From contig CAWCKY010000006.1 in assembly GCA_963796275.1 (NCBI GenBank), positions 1,408,001 to 1,472,000 on the forward strand: a stretch of DNA of 64,000 nt, read 5' to 3'. Source of the DNA: an uncultured Acidobacteriota bacterium. Lineage in GTDB: Bacteria; Acidobacteriota; Blastocatellia; RBC074. The position numbers were made by a program, and so were the translations under genes. The notes beneath the pieces were generated by a model, which was not told the origin of the DNA, made no database searches, and was given only the letters and a program-made list of their open reading frames with translations. Positions 31,501 through 40,822 of the stretch are shown here, one piece after another (positions within the stretch are counted from its first letter, which is position 1; every line of letters begins with the position of its first letter).

Positions 31501-32269
31501 TCGTGCCGGATTTGGATACGACCGAGATAAATGCGCCGCCGGCCCGGCCATATTCGGCCTGGAAGTTGGAGGTCAGAACCTTCATCTCGGCGATCGCATC
31601 GGGATTGAGCGAGGCATGCGTGTCGAAGTTGTTCCCCGTGTCGATGTTCGATGATCCATCAACAGTGAGCTCCTTCTGGTTGGTGCGTGTGCCGTTGATT
31701 GCGTAATCCCCAAGTCTGCCGGTGGATGAAGATATCTGGCTGCCAGTGACTGTTCCGGTGATGACACCGGGCAGTGTCTTCAGGAAGTCCTGATAGTTGC
31801 GCCCGTTGAGCGCCAGCTCTTTGATCTGTGTGCCGGTGACCACGCCCGATCGCTCGCCCGATTCCGACTGAATCTCGATACGCCCTGAATCAGCGGTCAC
31901 CGTTACCGTCTCAGTCACCGCTCCGACATCCAATACGAAATCCCCCGCGTTGAGCAGGTCGATGGCGTTGAGGATTATCTCCGTCTTTTCCAATCGTTTG
32001 AAACCGCTCTTTTCAACCGCGATATTGTATTTGCCCGGTGGGAGCTGGGCCGCTACGAATATCCCGCCGTTGTTGGTTCTGACCTGGCGTGACAACTTCG
32101 TCGATGGCTCCGTGATGATGATGATGGCATCCACAATAGGAGCACCCGCAGCATCTTTCACTGTTCCCGTTATAGATCCGCTCGTGCTTTGCCCGTAGCT
32201 GGCTGATGCCGTCAGCACAACGAGGAGTAGAGCGGGGATTGACCACCTTGAAAGTTTTCTTGATAACAT
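28538..32269 (-). CDS. TonB-dependent receptor (carboxypeptidase-regulatory-like N-domain)
   Basis: ATG at 32269 after AGGAGG; signal peptide; LALNGRN, NPDAIAEMKV, YIQDNWK, PRIIQLGVKIYW. Confidence 0.93.
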   Translation of the reverse strand: MLSRKLSRWSIPALLLVVLTASASYGQSTSGSITGTVKDAAGAPIVDAIIIITEPSTKLSRQVRTNNGGIFVAAQLPPGKYNIAVEKSGFKRLEKTEIILNAIDLLNAGDFVLDVGAVTETVTVTADSGRIEIQSESGERSGVVTGTQIKELALNGRNYQDFLKTLPGVITGTVTGSQISSSTGRLGDYAINGTRTNQKELTVDGSSNIDTGNNFDTHASLNPDAIAEMKVLTSNFQAEYGRAGGAFISVVSKSGTSEFHGGARYFHRHEGLNANNYFRNAQGRDANGVEIQPRNLYRYNNVGYEIGGPIYLPQKVFGPLGGFNKNKDKLFFYWNQEWYEQLAPVGARNIRIPTEAERNGNFSQTVDGNGNPITIISPFTRQPYPGNIIPAEDLNRFPGGSAILNFYPLPNVAGRNDFNYTSSISTQYPRREDILRVDWNISERTRLTGRYTNNKEQRLLAYGDFASDLNFPLAPTSFPRPGRNGVLTLTHTFSPTLTNEFIFGPSSNFIDLRPADDRALASTNNINVPKLFPNIGAGYVPNFRYGGIANQTFPFTNYNGLPFINQNHTFNFIDNVSKIVGSHTLKTGFYAQRSRKDQTVFARTDGDINFDNNPNNPLNTGHPYSNALLGVYNTYTQANNFPKGLYRYWNIEGYIQDNWKATRKLTLDYGLRLSWYEPQYDVLLQTGVFNPTEYDPSKASRLYVPVCFGAPPCPSGANRRAMDPALVAAGVTPTPDNTFPSNYIAAFVPGTGDIANGMGLASEGYPRGGFDNRGIQWGPRFGFAYDLTGDGKTIIRGGAGISYDRVQGNVAFDQIANPPVVLQPQLLFGRLADLTPGQTGLIAPSNVFGYAREGKLPTIYSMSLSIQRDIGFNTVVDVAYVGTFSSHLFQQRNLNAIPFGYLFTRAAQDPTRFPDGVVPDVDVTIPQAYKDAGLKFDGSKALPDNLIKPYPGIATINFRENTSSSNFNSLQVAVNRRFTRGFTFSMAYTLSKALGTNAGDFDFVNPYNTRVYDYRLLGFDRTHAFVATYVYELPKLGNRLGNNGLTRGLLNGWQISGITSLITGNPFEPGVGLTGSNANQRITGSWTEPARYRLKGDPTKGTNGLLINPDAYIIPELGSLGQGERTYLRNPGINNTDLSIFKNIPLGNPDSNRTIQLRVEAFNVFNQTQFSGINAGTNLAVLQANGGFLTGNDIFAQYGRAIISDNIRGQRANDASRPLGTFFGEYNGARDPRIIQLGVKIYW

Positions 32270-32827
32270 AGCAGCCTCCTCTGCAACTGCCGTAGCGCAA
32301 AGCGCTCCACGCAATTGCATATGCATCCTGTCCGGATTTTTACACTATCGCCAATGCTCATCAAAGTATGAGCGTCCGATTTCTCACTAGGTCAATCCCA
32401 ACAAAAGCTGCCAATTTTGATAATTTCGCGTGATGGATCTGCGCTCCTGTTATCGCCTCGCCAAACTCCTTTCATCCCTCCTTGATTACAGAAGCGAATT
32501 GTGATGTGCTTATATTCAGCACTTTTAAAAATGTGCTTGCATATTTACTGCTGATATGAACACAAGTCAAGTGATTCCATCTTTATTCTGGAATATTGAT
32601 AACAATTTGTAAGGGTCAGTTAGTGGCGGAAGTAGGGCAGGTTTATATCTGATCCGCTCAGCTCAGAGTGCACTCTTCATTCCTGAGAGACGGCCATCGG
32701 GGGCGGGGATGAAGGGTAGAATCAGAGGATGCTAATGATGATAGGTTGGTAATTGTTCAGTTGTATCCGGTTCAGCTAAGCGTTACTCTACAGGTCGCCC
32801 CGCGACAAACTCAAAAAAACACTGATT

Positions 32828-34828
32828 ATGAAAAATTCGCGAATTGTCCTGGCCATAGTTGCGGTCGTGGTAGTGTTTCTGTTTGCGCTTCAGTACCGGA
32901 TGGATAAACGGACTGTTGCCGCGCAGAGGAGCGCCATCACCGTTCGACTGGATCAACCGGGAGCGACCATTCCATCGACGCTCTTCGGCATATTCTTCGA
33001 AGACATCAACTTCGCCGCCGATGGAGGGATTTATCCCGAACGCATCAAGAACCGCTCGTTCGAGTTCCCCGAGCCGTTGATGGGATGGGAGAAGTTCGAG
33101 CGGGGCGGGGCAAAGGGAGCTCTCACCGTACTCGATCAATCGCCGATCAGTTCCGGTAATCCGCATTACCTTAGCGTTAAAGTAGAGGCTGCGGGCGAAG
33201 GATTTGGCCTGTCGAACGAGGGATTTCGCGGGATCGGCCTTCAACAAGGGGCTGAGTATGTCTTCTCAGTTTATGGGCGCAGCGATGAGAAAATGACATT
33301 GCGCGTCGAACTGGTCGACGCCAATGGAAAGAGCCTGGGGCAGATGAAGTTAAGCGGTTTCACGAACCAATGGAAGAGGCTGACCAAGTCTCTTCGCCCA
33401 TCGGCTACCGAACTGAAAGCTCGAGTAGAAATCTATGTCGAAGGGCAGGGGACGCTCGATCTCGACATGGTTTCACTCAATCCCAAAGAGACCTGGAAAA
33501 ATCATGGATTGCGGCCCGATCTGATGCGGCTGTTGAGCGAGCTCAAACCTGGCTTCGTGCGCTTCCCCGGTGGCTGCATTGTCGAGGGGCGCGACTTGAA
33601 CAATCGTTATCAATGGAAGACGACCATCGGCAATGCGGCTGATCGGCGTTTGATTATGAATCGCTGGAACGTCGAGTTCAAAAGCCGCACCCCGGCGCGC
33701 GCCGCGGAAGATTACTACCAGACATTCGGACTGGGGTTCTATGAATATTTCCAGCTCAGCGAGGACATCGGTGCAGAGCCGCTTCCGATCATCAATTGCG
33801 GCATGGCCTGCCAGTTCAATACCAGCGAACTGGCGCCGCTCGATCGGCTCGATCCTTATATCCAGGATGCGCTCGACCTGATCGAGTTCGCCAACGGATC
33901 TGTTGCCACGACCTGGGGCCGCAAGCGCGCCGAGATGGGGCACCCCGGGCTTTTCAATCTGAAGATGATCGGAGTCGGAAACGAACAGTGGGGGCCGCAA
34001 TATATCGAGCGCTATGAAATCTTCACCAAACCCATCAAAGCGAAATATCCCGACATTCGCTTGATCAGCAGCGCTGGGCCCGGGCCGCAGGGAGAGCGGT
34101 TCGATTTTCTCTGGGGCAAGTTGCGCGATCTGAAAGCGGAAATCATCGATGAGCATTACTACATGCCGCCCAAATGGTTTCTCGATAACGTCAATCGTTA
34201 CGATAAATATCCGCGCACTGGCCCGAAGGTATTCGCCGGAGAGTTTGCCGCTCATATCCCGGCGCGCGAACGCCCTGATAAACCTAACAACTGGGAAGGC
34301 GCGCTGGCGGAGGCTGCGTTTATTACCGGCCTCGAGCGTAATGCCGATCTTGTAATCATGGCATCCTATGCGCCGCTGCTGGCACACGTCGATGCATGGC
34401 AATGGTCGCCGAACCTGATCTGGTTCGATAACCTGCACTCTTATGGTACTCCGAGCTACTACGTGCAGAAGCTATTCAGCACGAATCGGGGCACGAACAT
34501 ATTGCCGGTAGAGATGGATCAGAAAGAGCTCTTTGCGAGCGCCTCCCTCGATAAGCGGACCGGCGAGGTGATATTGAAGGTGGTCAATACCGCATCAACA
34601 ACGAGAGAGGTCGACATCAATTTACCCGGAGCAAAGGCGGGGGAGACGACAGAAACAGGGAATATCAAGGGAAGAGCAATAGTACTTTCGAGTACAGACC
34701 TCGCTGCTGAGAACAGTTTGAAAGAACCGATGAAGATAGCGCCGTCCGAGCAGAGGCTCAACGTTGCATCGGGCCGGTTCGTATATACGTTTGCACCATA
34801 CTCTCTGACGGTTTTACGTTTCAAATAA
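32828..34828 (+). CDS. Alpha-L-arabinofuranosidase, GH51, with CBM4/9-like insert
   Basis: GIFFEDINFAADGG, RFPGGCIVEG, GVGNEQWG, DEHYY, GLERNADLV, SYAPL. Confidence 0.92.
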   Translation: MKNSRIVLAIVAVVVVFLFALQYRMDKRTVAAQRSAITVRLDQPGATIPSTLFGIFFEDINFAADGGIYPERIKNRSFEFPEPLMGWEKFERGGAKGALTVLDQSPISSGNPHYLSVKVEAAGEGFGLSNEGFRGIGLQQGAEYVFSVYGRSDEKMTLRVELVDANGKSLGQMKLSGFTNQWKRLTKSLRPSATELKARVEIYVEGQGTLDLDMVSLNPKETWKNHGLRPDLMRLLSELKPGFVRFPGGCIVEGRDLNNRYQWKTTIGNAADRRLIMNRWNVEFKSRTPARAAEDYYQTFGLGFYEYFQLSEDIGAEPLPIINCGMACQFNTSELAPLDRLDPYIQDALDLIEFANGSVATTWGRKRAEMGHPGLFNLKMIGVGNEQWGPQYIERYEIFTKPIKAKYPDIRLISSAGPGPQGERFDFLWGKLRDLKAEIIDEHYYMPPKWFLDNVNRYDKYPRTGPKVFAGEFAAHIPARERPDKPNNWEGALAEAAFITGLERNADLVIMASYAPLLAHVDAWQWSPNLIWFDNLHSYGTPSYYVQKLFSTNRGTNILPVEMDQKELFASASLDKRTGEVILKVVNTASTTREVDINLPGAKAGETTETGNIKGRAIVLSSTDLAAENSLKEPMKIAPSEQRLNVASGRFVYTFAPYSLTVLRFK

Positions 34829-34838
34829 TGGAGAAATT

Positions 34839-35258
34839 ATGACCGATAAAGAGGCATTCTTCACACGCTGGACGCCGCGGATTCTCAGCATTTTGCGTAT
34901 AGTTGCGGCATTCCTGTTTATGGCGCATGGGAGTCAGAAATTGTTCGCTCTGCCACCGGGTCAACAAATGCGTCCCGTTTTACTTTCCATGGCCGGGATA
35001 GGCGGAATACTCGAGTTTTTCGGAGGCTTATTACTTTTGATAGGGTTATTCACGCGCCCGATAGCATTTTTGTTATCGGGAATGATGGCAGTGGCCTATT
35101 TCCTGTACCATGCCCCGCAGGGATTTCTTCCGCTGTTGAATCGCGGAGAGTTAGCGGCTCTCTATTGTTTTCTCTTCTTCTATATATTTTTTGCGGGCGG
35201 GGGAGAATGGAGTTTCGATAACCGGTGGCGTGGAAGAGACGGCCGTGAGATGAAATAA
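34839..35258 (+). CDS. DoxX family membrane protein
   Basis: LRIVAAFLFMAHGSQKLF, GLFTRPIAF, NRGELA. Confidence 0.92.
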   Translation: MTDKEAFFTRWTPRILSILRIVAAFLFMAHGSQKLFALPPGQQMRPVLLSMAGIGGILEFFGGLLLLIGLFTRPIAFLLSGMMAVAYFLYHAPQGFLPLLNRGELAALYCFLFFYIFFAGGGEWSFDNRWRGRDGREMK

Positions 35259-35366
35259 CGCCCTTCAAAAACCATATAAGTGAAGAGTGGAAATGAAAGG
35301 TCATTGAAATCAAGGTTGTCGGTTCTGGCACGGGGGGCTGCTAAAGTGAGCGAACTCACCCGCCAG

Positions 35367-35514
35367 AGCGCCAGAGGCGCGAGATGTTTATAGAATTCGT
35401 GTCCCACCTCTCGCAAGGTCCGGAGGAGCGACATTTATGCATTCATATGTCGCTCCTCCGGAGCTTGTGAGACTTGTGTATTCGAATGCTATATACATCG
35501 GGCTCCTCCGGAGC
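35367..35514. repeat. Four-unit REPIN-like palindromic element
   Basis: GCGCCAGAGGCGCGAGATGTTTATAG...TCCGGAGGAGCGACAT/ATGTCGCTCCTCCGGA...CTATATACATCGGGCTCCTCCGGAGC. Confidence 0.8.
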
Positions 35515-35883
35515 CAATCAGAAATTGTTGATAATAACCAGCTTTATTGAGCTACAGGCAATCGGCTTTACAAAGATTGCCTGCTTCGCTTCCGCCGCGT
35601 ATCGATGCTATGAATGTAGCCCTACGTTGTTGCTTTATTTTTTTTTCAAAAGAACATCAACGCCTGGTAGGTATTAGCAAGTAGGAGTTAAAGCGTTTAA
35701 CCTGAATGTCAATAATTTGCACAGTCCTTATGCAAATAGATGCGTAATAAAAGTAGATGCGTAGCTCTGCAGTTAACCGTGGTTTGCAGTAACAAGGCCG
35801 ATAGAGAAACGAAACAAACGAAAATAACGGAAGATAGAAGTATTCCGCTTGTTTCATATTCTCTTCCGATAAGTATGTCGTGG

Positions 35884-37045
35884 TTATTTCCCACCGGCAA
35901 TGTAGTTGGTCGTGACCATATCCTGGTAATTTTGATAACGGCCACCGTCGAAGTCCTTCAAAAAAACCGAAATCTGCTGCAGTAATGTCGTTAACCGATG
36001 CCCGGGGATCTGGGCCGGATGCGGGTAGCGTCCCGATACCGCCCGGATGAAGAGGCTTCTGTCATTAACCGGGAGTTTACGCACATTGTCGGTGAAGGCG
36101 GCGAATGAGCCGCCATCGAAGAGAAATTGCTCCACATTCGAGGTGTAGAATGCCGTCACCGTTAAACCGTGCTTCCGCAGATAATCGCCCACAGCAACCA
36201 GCGCCTTCTTTCCTGCGAAATCGCCGACAATCGGGATGATCAGATTTTTGCGCTGTAAGTTACGTACGAAATCGTAGTCCTCCGCGCTCGCCAGAAAGTT
36301 CCCGGTCTTTCCATTCTGATCCTGCTGTTCTATCAAATCTTTCAGAGTAGGGAAGTATCCGCCCCGTGGTCTGCCTACGCGGAATGAGATGTCGAGTCCT
36401 TCCGTGTGGAAATTCTTGTAGATGTAATCGAGGTTCTTCTGATCGTCGCCGGTAAGGGGAAATTGAAACTCTTCCAGTATCACTTTACGGATGGCGGCCA
36501 GATTCGCGGCGAAGGTGAGGTCATCTCCTGGCAACTTGTCGAAGAATTCCGTTAATTCCTCGGTTGAGGCATTTGTCAACGGCGCGTTGTCAGTCGGCAG
36601 ATGCCGGCTCAGCAGCCGCGAGAGAAACTGCGTGCGGTTCGGCGAAAGATGGAAGATGGCTTTGTACATCAGATGCTGGACCATCGCCTGCCGCCGAATG
36701 TCTACGATAAATGCGATGCGCGGGCGGATCTTTCGCGATGTAGGTGAAGTTCTGCTCGGGACCGACACCGATATATGCCCCGCCGGTAGCGTTTAACTGT
36801 CGCAGTTTATTGACCACCGTCAGATAGCCGGTCTCGTTGGAGGTGAAATTATCCGATCGGAAAAAACCTCCCTCCTCCGATAATTCCCGGACCAGGCGAG
36901 AAAATTCAGATGCAGTTAAACTCTCGGGCAGGCGTTGCTGGCGCGAGGCCGGTTGCCAGGCTGTTAGTGCGATCGTGGCGATCAGTGTCAATGCCAGAAC
37001 GGATGATTTCATCAGTTTGTTATGCATGCGAGGCATCAAGATCAT
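35884..37045 (-). CDS. Secreted hypothetical protein; +1 frameshift near 36732
   Basis: N-part (signal peptide, FRSDNFTSNE, YIGVGPEQNFTYIAK) continues as IRPRIAFIVDIRR after removing one A. Confidence 0.8.
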
Positions 37046-37134
37046 GTTGCGTCTCCCAGATTAACCGCAAAGGCCAAATAAGATGTCAAAAAACACGATA
37101 CCCCTCGTGACCGCTCTTGTGTATTTGGTGTGAA

Positions 37135-39324
37135 TCATCCTCCCTTATTGTCTATTTTCATCGGGAGCGACCTGAGCCGTATACCGCTCGCGTCGAAGAT
37201 CGCATTACTAACCGCCGGAGCCAGCGCGATTATGGGCGCCTCTCCTGCCCCCTCTGAAGGCAGATCCTTACGGTCGACCAGAACGGTCTCGAGTATCGGA
37301 ACATCGCTGAAGCGGGGTACGCGATAACGCGAGAAACGCGGATTGAGTATCTTTCCATCCTCGAACTGTATCGCTTCAAAGAGAGCGCCGCCGATGCCCT
37401 GGATGATCGACCCCTCGACCTGATTGCGCAATCCCTCGGGATTGATGATCGCGCCGCATTCAAAGGCTGTCACTACCCGCACGATCTTCACTTTATCTCG
37501 TTCGACCGACACCTCCGCACAGTTCGCAACAAAACCGCCTTTCTCCGAGCCCCCGGCGATTCCATAACCGACGCCCTTCGACGCTCTGTTTTTACCCCAA
37601 CCGAAGGCCTTCGCCGCCGCTTCCAGGACCGCGCGCAGGCGCTCGTTCTTCAGATTCTTCAGGCGGAATTCGAGCGGGTCTATCTTCAAGCTGTTGGCAA
37701 GCTCATCGATGTGTACTTCGCGCGCGAAGTGATTGGCGGTTGCAGCCAGCGCGCGATATGACCCCTGACGTAAAGGAGAGTCGGAACGATGAAACTCTAT
37801 GCGCTGGTTGGCAATGTCGTAGAGAGGATTGATGGCAGACTGCCCGGAATTGTAGTTGTGAAATTCCCAGGCCGTGATCAATCCGTCGCTGCTCACACCG
37901 CTCGTGATTTCTATCACTCCTGCGGGACGAAAGTACGCCCAGGTGAATTCCTCTTCGCGCGTCCAAACCAGTTTGACCGGTTTGCCCGCGGCTTTGGCCA
38001 GACGAGCCGCCTCGATCGCGGTTTCGCCCGAATGCTTGCCGCCATAACCCGAGCCGGTATCCGGCACGATTACGCGGACCCGTTCTTCGGGAATTCCGAA
38101 GGCCATCGCCAATTCGCTGCGGACGCCGAACGGGCGTTGCGTTCCCGTCCAGACGGTGAGCTTGCCATCTTTCCATTCCGCAACGGCAGCGCGCGGCTCA
38201 AGCGGCGCATGTGCAATGTAGGCCACCGTATAACTTCGCTCAAGCTTCTGGCTTGCCGCGGCCAGACCATCGTCGATCGATCCGCGGATGGTGTTGTTCC
38301 CGCGCCTGCCGGGCGATTGGGGCCCTGAAGGCGGTTTCTTCAAATAATCATAGATCTCTTTCCAAGAAGGCTGCGGAGTCGTTTTCCATTCAGCCTTGAT
38401 CGCCGCCAGCGCGCGTGCAGCCAACTGTTGACTGGGGGCAGCGACGCCGACGAATTCCCCATCGCGCACGACTGTCACTCCGGCCATGGCTTCCGCCGCC
38501 TTCGTGTCTAAAGCAGACGGCGATGCGAGCGTGGCGTTGAATGCCGGCGCGCGGAAGACTTTGCCATAGAGCATCCCCGGAAGTTTAAGGTCGGAAGTAT
38601 AGAGATGCGACCCCGTCACGATCTCACGGCCATTGACTTTGGCGACGGATTTTCCCGCGATCTCCCATTTATCGGGAGGCGAGACTGGAGCGGTCTCACC
38701 GATCGTCTTCATCAGCTTCTTACCTTTGGTAAGTTGGCCGAAAGTGAAGGATTGTTTTGTATTTGGAGTTGTAACCTTACCGTCATCGACGATGAGACCG
38801 CGGCGATCAGCTTTTGAATGGTCGGCGGCCAGGTCGATCAGCATCTCGCGCGCTGCAGCGGACGCCTTTCGAAGCTGCGGGCTCATTGTTGGGGTCGTCC
38901 TGCTGCCGAACGTACCAGCATCGAAAGGTGTGAGCTCTGTGTCGCCCATCACCAATCGTATGGAGTTCATCGACACGCGCAGCTCTTCTGCGACGACCTG
39001 AGCGAGCGAGGTTCGAATGTCCTGTCCGAATTCGACTTTCCCGGTATAGACCGTTATGGCGCCGTCTTCTCCGATATGAAGCCAGGCCCCTATCTCCTGA
39101 GGCAAGGTTCTGCCGGGATTACCGCGACGTCCGCCGCCGGATTCCTGATCCTGGTTGGCCAGGACTTCTTTCAGCGCGAAAATGATCAGAATTCCACCAC
39201 CCAGCGCTTTGAAGAAATCGCGCCTCTCCATCTCGAAATGATAGGCAGGCCCGGATTCCAGCTCGTATCTCTCAGGCTCAATCGCGGGTTCAATTGCGGT
39301 TTCGACCGAAGGCATTTCAATCAT
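37135..39324 (-). CDS. iorB: Molybdopterin oxidoreductase, isoquinoline 1-oxidoreductase beta type
   Basis: ATG at 39324 after AAAGGAGGA; RRDFFK, GKVEFGQDIRT, HAPLEPR, GSGYGGKH, NQVEG, GAGE. Confidence 0.88.
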   Translation of the reverse strand: MIEMPSVETAIEPAIEPERYELESGPAYHFEMERRDFFKALGGGILIIFALKEVLANQDQESGGGRRGNPGRTLPQEIGAWLHIGEDGAITVYTGKVEFGQDIRTSLAQVVAEELRVSMNSIRLVMGDTELTPFDAGTFGSRTTPTMSPQLRKASAAAREMLIDLAADHSKADRRGLIVDDGKVTTPNTKQSFTFGQLTKGKKLMKTIGETAPVSPPDKWEIAGKSVAKVNGREIVTGSHLYTSDLKLPGMLYGKVFRAPAFNATLASPSALDTKAAEAMAGVTVVRDGEFVGVAAPSQQLAARALAAIKAEWKTTPQPSWKEIYDYLKKPPSGPQSPGRRGNNTIRGSIDDGLAAASQKLERSYTVAYIAHAPLEPRAAVAEWKDGKLTVWTGTQRPFGVRSELAMAFGIPEERVRVIVPDTGSGYGGKHSGETAIEAARLAKAAGKPVKLVWTREEEFTWAYFRPAGVIEITSGVSSDGLITAWEFHNYNSGQSAINPLYDIANQRIEFHRSDSPLRQGSYRALAATANHFAREVHIDELANSLKIDPLEFRLKNLKNERLRAVLEAAAKAFGWGKNRASKGVGYGIAGGSEKGGFVANCAEVSVERDKVKIVRVVTAFECGAIINPEGLRNQVEGSIIQGIGGALFEAIQFEDGKILNPRFSRYRVPRFSDVPILETVLVDRKDLPSEGAGEAPIIALAPAVSNAIFDASGIRLRSLPMKIDNKGG

Positions 39325-39805
39325 TGAATCCTCCTTTCTCCGCCCTTGCTTCATTGGCGACGCGGCGAAGAGCCGCGAGTATTCGCGGATAGGTGCCGCA
39401 ACGGCAGATATTGCCTTCCATCGCGCGAACGATCTCCGCGTCGGTCGGGTTGGGATTCTTTTTGAGCAGACCGGCGCCCGACATGATCATTCCGGGAATG
39501 CAGTAGCCGCACTGCATAGCACCCGTTTCCAGGAATGCCTCCTGTAACGGATGCAGTTTCTGCTGACCCAGACCCTCGATGGTTGTTATCTTTTTACCAG
39601 CGGTTACGCCGATCTGAGTCAGACAGGAACGCGCCGGCTGCCCATCGATGAGGACGGTGCACGCGCCGCACTGGCCTTCGCCGCAACCATACTTGGCGCC
39701 CGTCAAATCGAGGTCATCGCGCAGTACGCTGAGCAGACTCCGGTCAGCTTCCGTTTCGATACGGCGCCTGGCCCCGTTGACGTGAAGCTCTATGACTTTG
39801 AGCAT
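39317..39805 (-). CDS. iorA: (2Fe-2S)-binding subunit (IorA/CoxS-like)
   Basis: GCGEGQCGACTV, QCGYCIPG, NICRCGTY; ATG at 39805. Confidence 0.92.
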   Translation of the reverse strand: MLKVIELHVNGARRRIETEADRSLLSVLRDDLDLTGAKYGCGEGQCGACTVLIDGQPARSCLTQIGVTAGKKITTIEGLGQQKLHPLQEAFLETGAMQCGYCIPGMIMSGAGLLKKNPNPTDAEIVRAMEGNICRCGTYPRILAALRRVANEARAEKGGFND

Positions 39806-39824
39806 GGTTTCCCCCCACGGTTCA

Positions 39825-39902
39825 GCCACAGAAGCACGGGGAATAGATTTTAGATTTTAGATTTAAAATTTTAGATTTTAAATTTGCCCGTGCTTCTGTG
39901 GC
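39825..39902. repeat. Perfect 16-bp IR enclosing about six TAGATTT heptamers
   Basis: GCCACAGAAGCACGGG (39825-39840)/CCCGTGCTTCTGTGGC (39887-39902). Confidence 0.9.
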
Positions 39903-39938
39903 AGTTTTTAACGGTATTCTATGATCCTGATTCTAATG

Positions 39939-40415
39939 TCACAACTGCAGATCAATCTCAGATGGTTTAACCACGACTTCGATCAGGGCGCCGTACTCTA
40001 TTCCTCTGATGTATTCAGCTATCACCTCCATCAACGAATCGTTTTGATGGTGACGTATTTTCGTTTCAGGGTGCGGATAGTAGATCCATCCATCATAGGT
40101 TTCGCCGTAAAAAATCAAATTGCAGCGAGAGAACGAAAAATCTTCGGGCGGATGGTATGGCGTCCAATCAACTTTTGAGAATTTATACTCCGCCTTTTTT
40201 ACGCGAAATTTGTAGGGAGAGATCGAGATATTCAATGTGCCCCGATAATAAGGGGTGATGTCCAATCCGCGTTCCTTGAAGAAGGGAGTCTGCATCGCAA
40301 TTGTCCCTGCAGGGTAGTGTTCAGAGCTTTTTGACGCGACCTCGTGACCGCGGACTATCACACCCCGGACCGTTAACCACTCTTGGATCGATTGGATCGA
40401 CTCTTCCTTCTTCAC
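39939..40415 (-). CDS. Hypothetical protein resembling the CTP-dependent riboflavin kinase barrel
   Basis: GVIVRGH, PYYRGTLNI and MEVIAEYI echo the archaeal RibK motifs (G.V.SG, PYPGTLN, EII). Confidence 0.6.
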   Translation of the reverse strand: MKKEESIQSIQEWLTVRGVIVRGHEVASKSSEHYPAGTIAMQTPFFKERGLDITPYYRGTLNISISPYKFRVKKAEYKFSKVDWTPYHPPEDFSFSRCNLIFYGETYDGWIYYPHPETKIRHHQNDSLMEVIAEYIRGIEYGALIEVVVKPSEIDLQL

Positions 40416-40416
40416 C

Positions 40417-40713
40417 CTACTTTTGATTTTCCTTCTTCAGTGGAATAGGTGTCATCACAGCTTCCCGCTCCTGCTTCTTACAAGGGTCGATGACCTGCAA
40501 TTTGAAATCGATATCCTCTCTCGGTTTGATGACCTGCAATTTGTAATCGATCTCATTTGATGGCGTGATAACTCGCATCTTATATGCACCGCATCTGTCT
40601 TTTTTATCGTCTTTCTCGTTTTTCTTCAGAGTCAAACTATCTTGGGCGAATGTCCAGGTACAACCGATCAATAGACAAAAGAACAAGACGTAAACGAAAG
40701 GGTGTCTGGTCAT
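40417..40713 (-). CDS. Small secreted protein with 13-aa internal repeats
   Basis: Signal peptide (..WTFA/Q); YKMRVI, IDYKLQVI, IDFKLQVI; 39-bp DNA repeat at 40489 and 40528. Confidence 0.7.
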   Translation of the reverse strand: MTRHPFVYVLFFCLLIGCTWTFAQDSLTLKKNEKDDKKDRCGAYKMRVITPSNEIDYKLQVIKPREDIDFKLQVIDPCKKQEREAVMTPIPLKKENQK

Positions 40714-40822
40714 AAGTTATCCTTTCCGATCAAATTGGCCGATCAAATTGGCCGATGCGCGATTAAACTGTTTCTTTCAGAGCTGGCCGAAGGTTGCGCG
40801 GATCAGATTTTAAAACACGATC

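Noticed and set aside
40726-40756. 13-bp tandem duplication CCGATCAAATTGG
   Set aside because: Two copies only, with no element between them; likely slippage.
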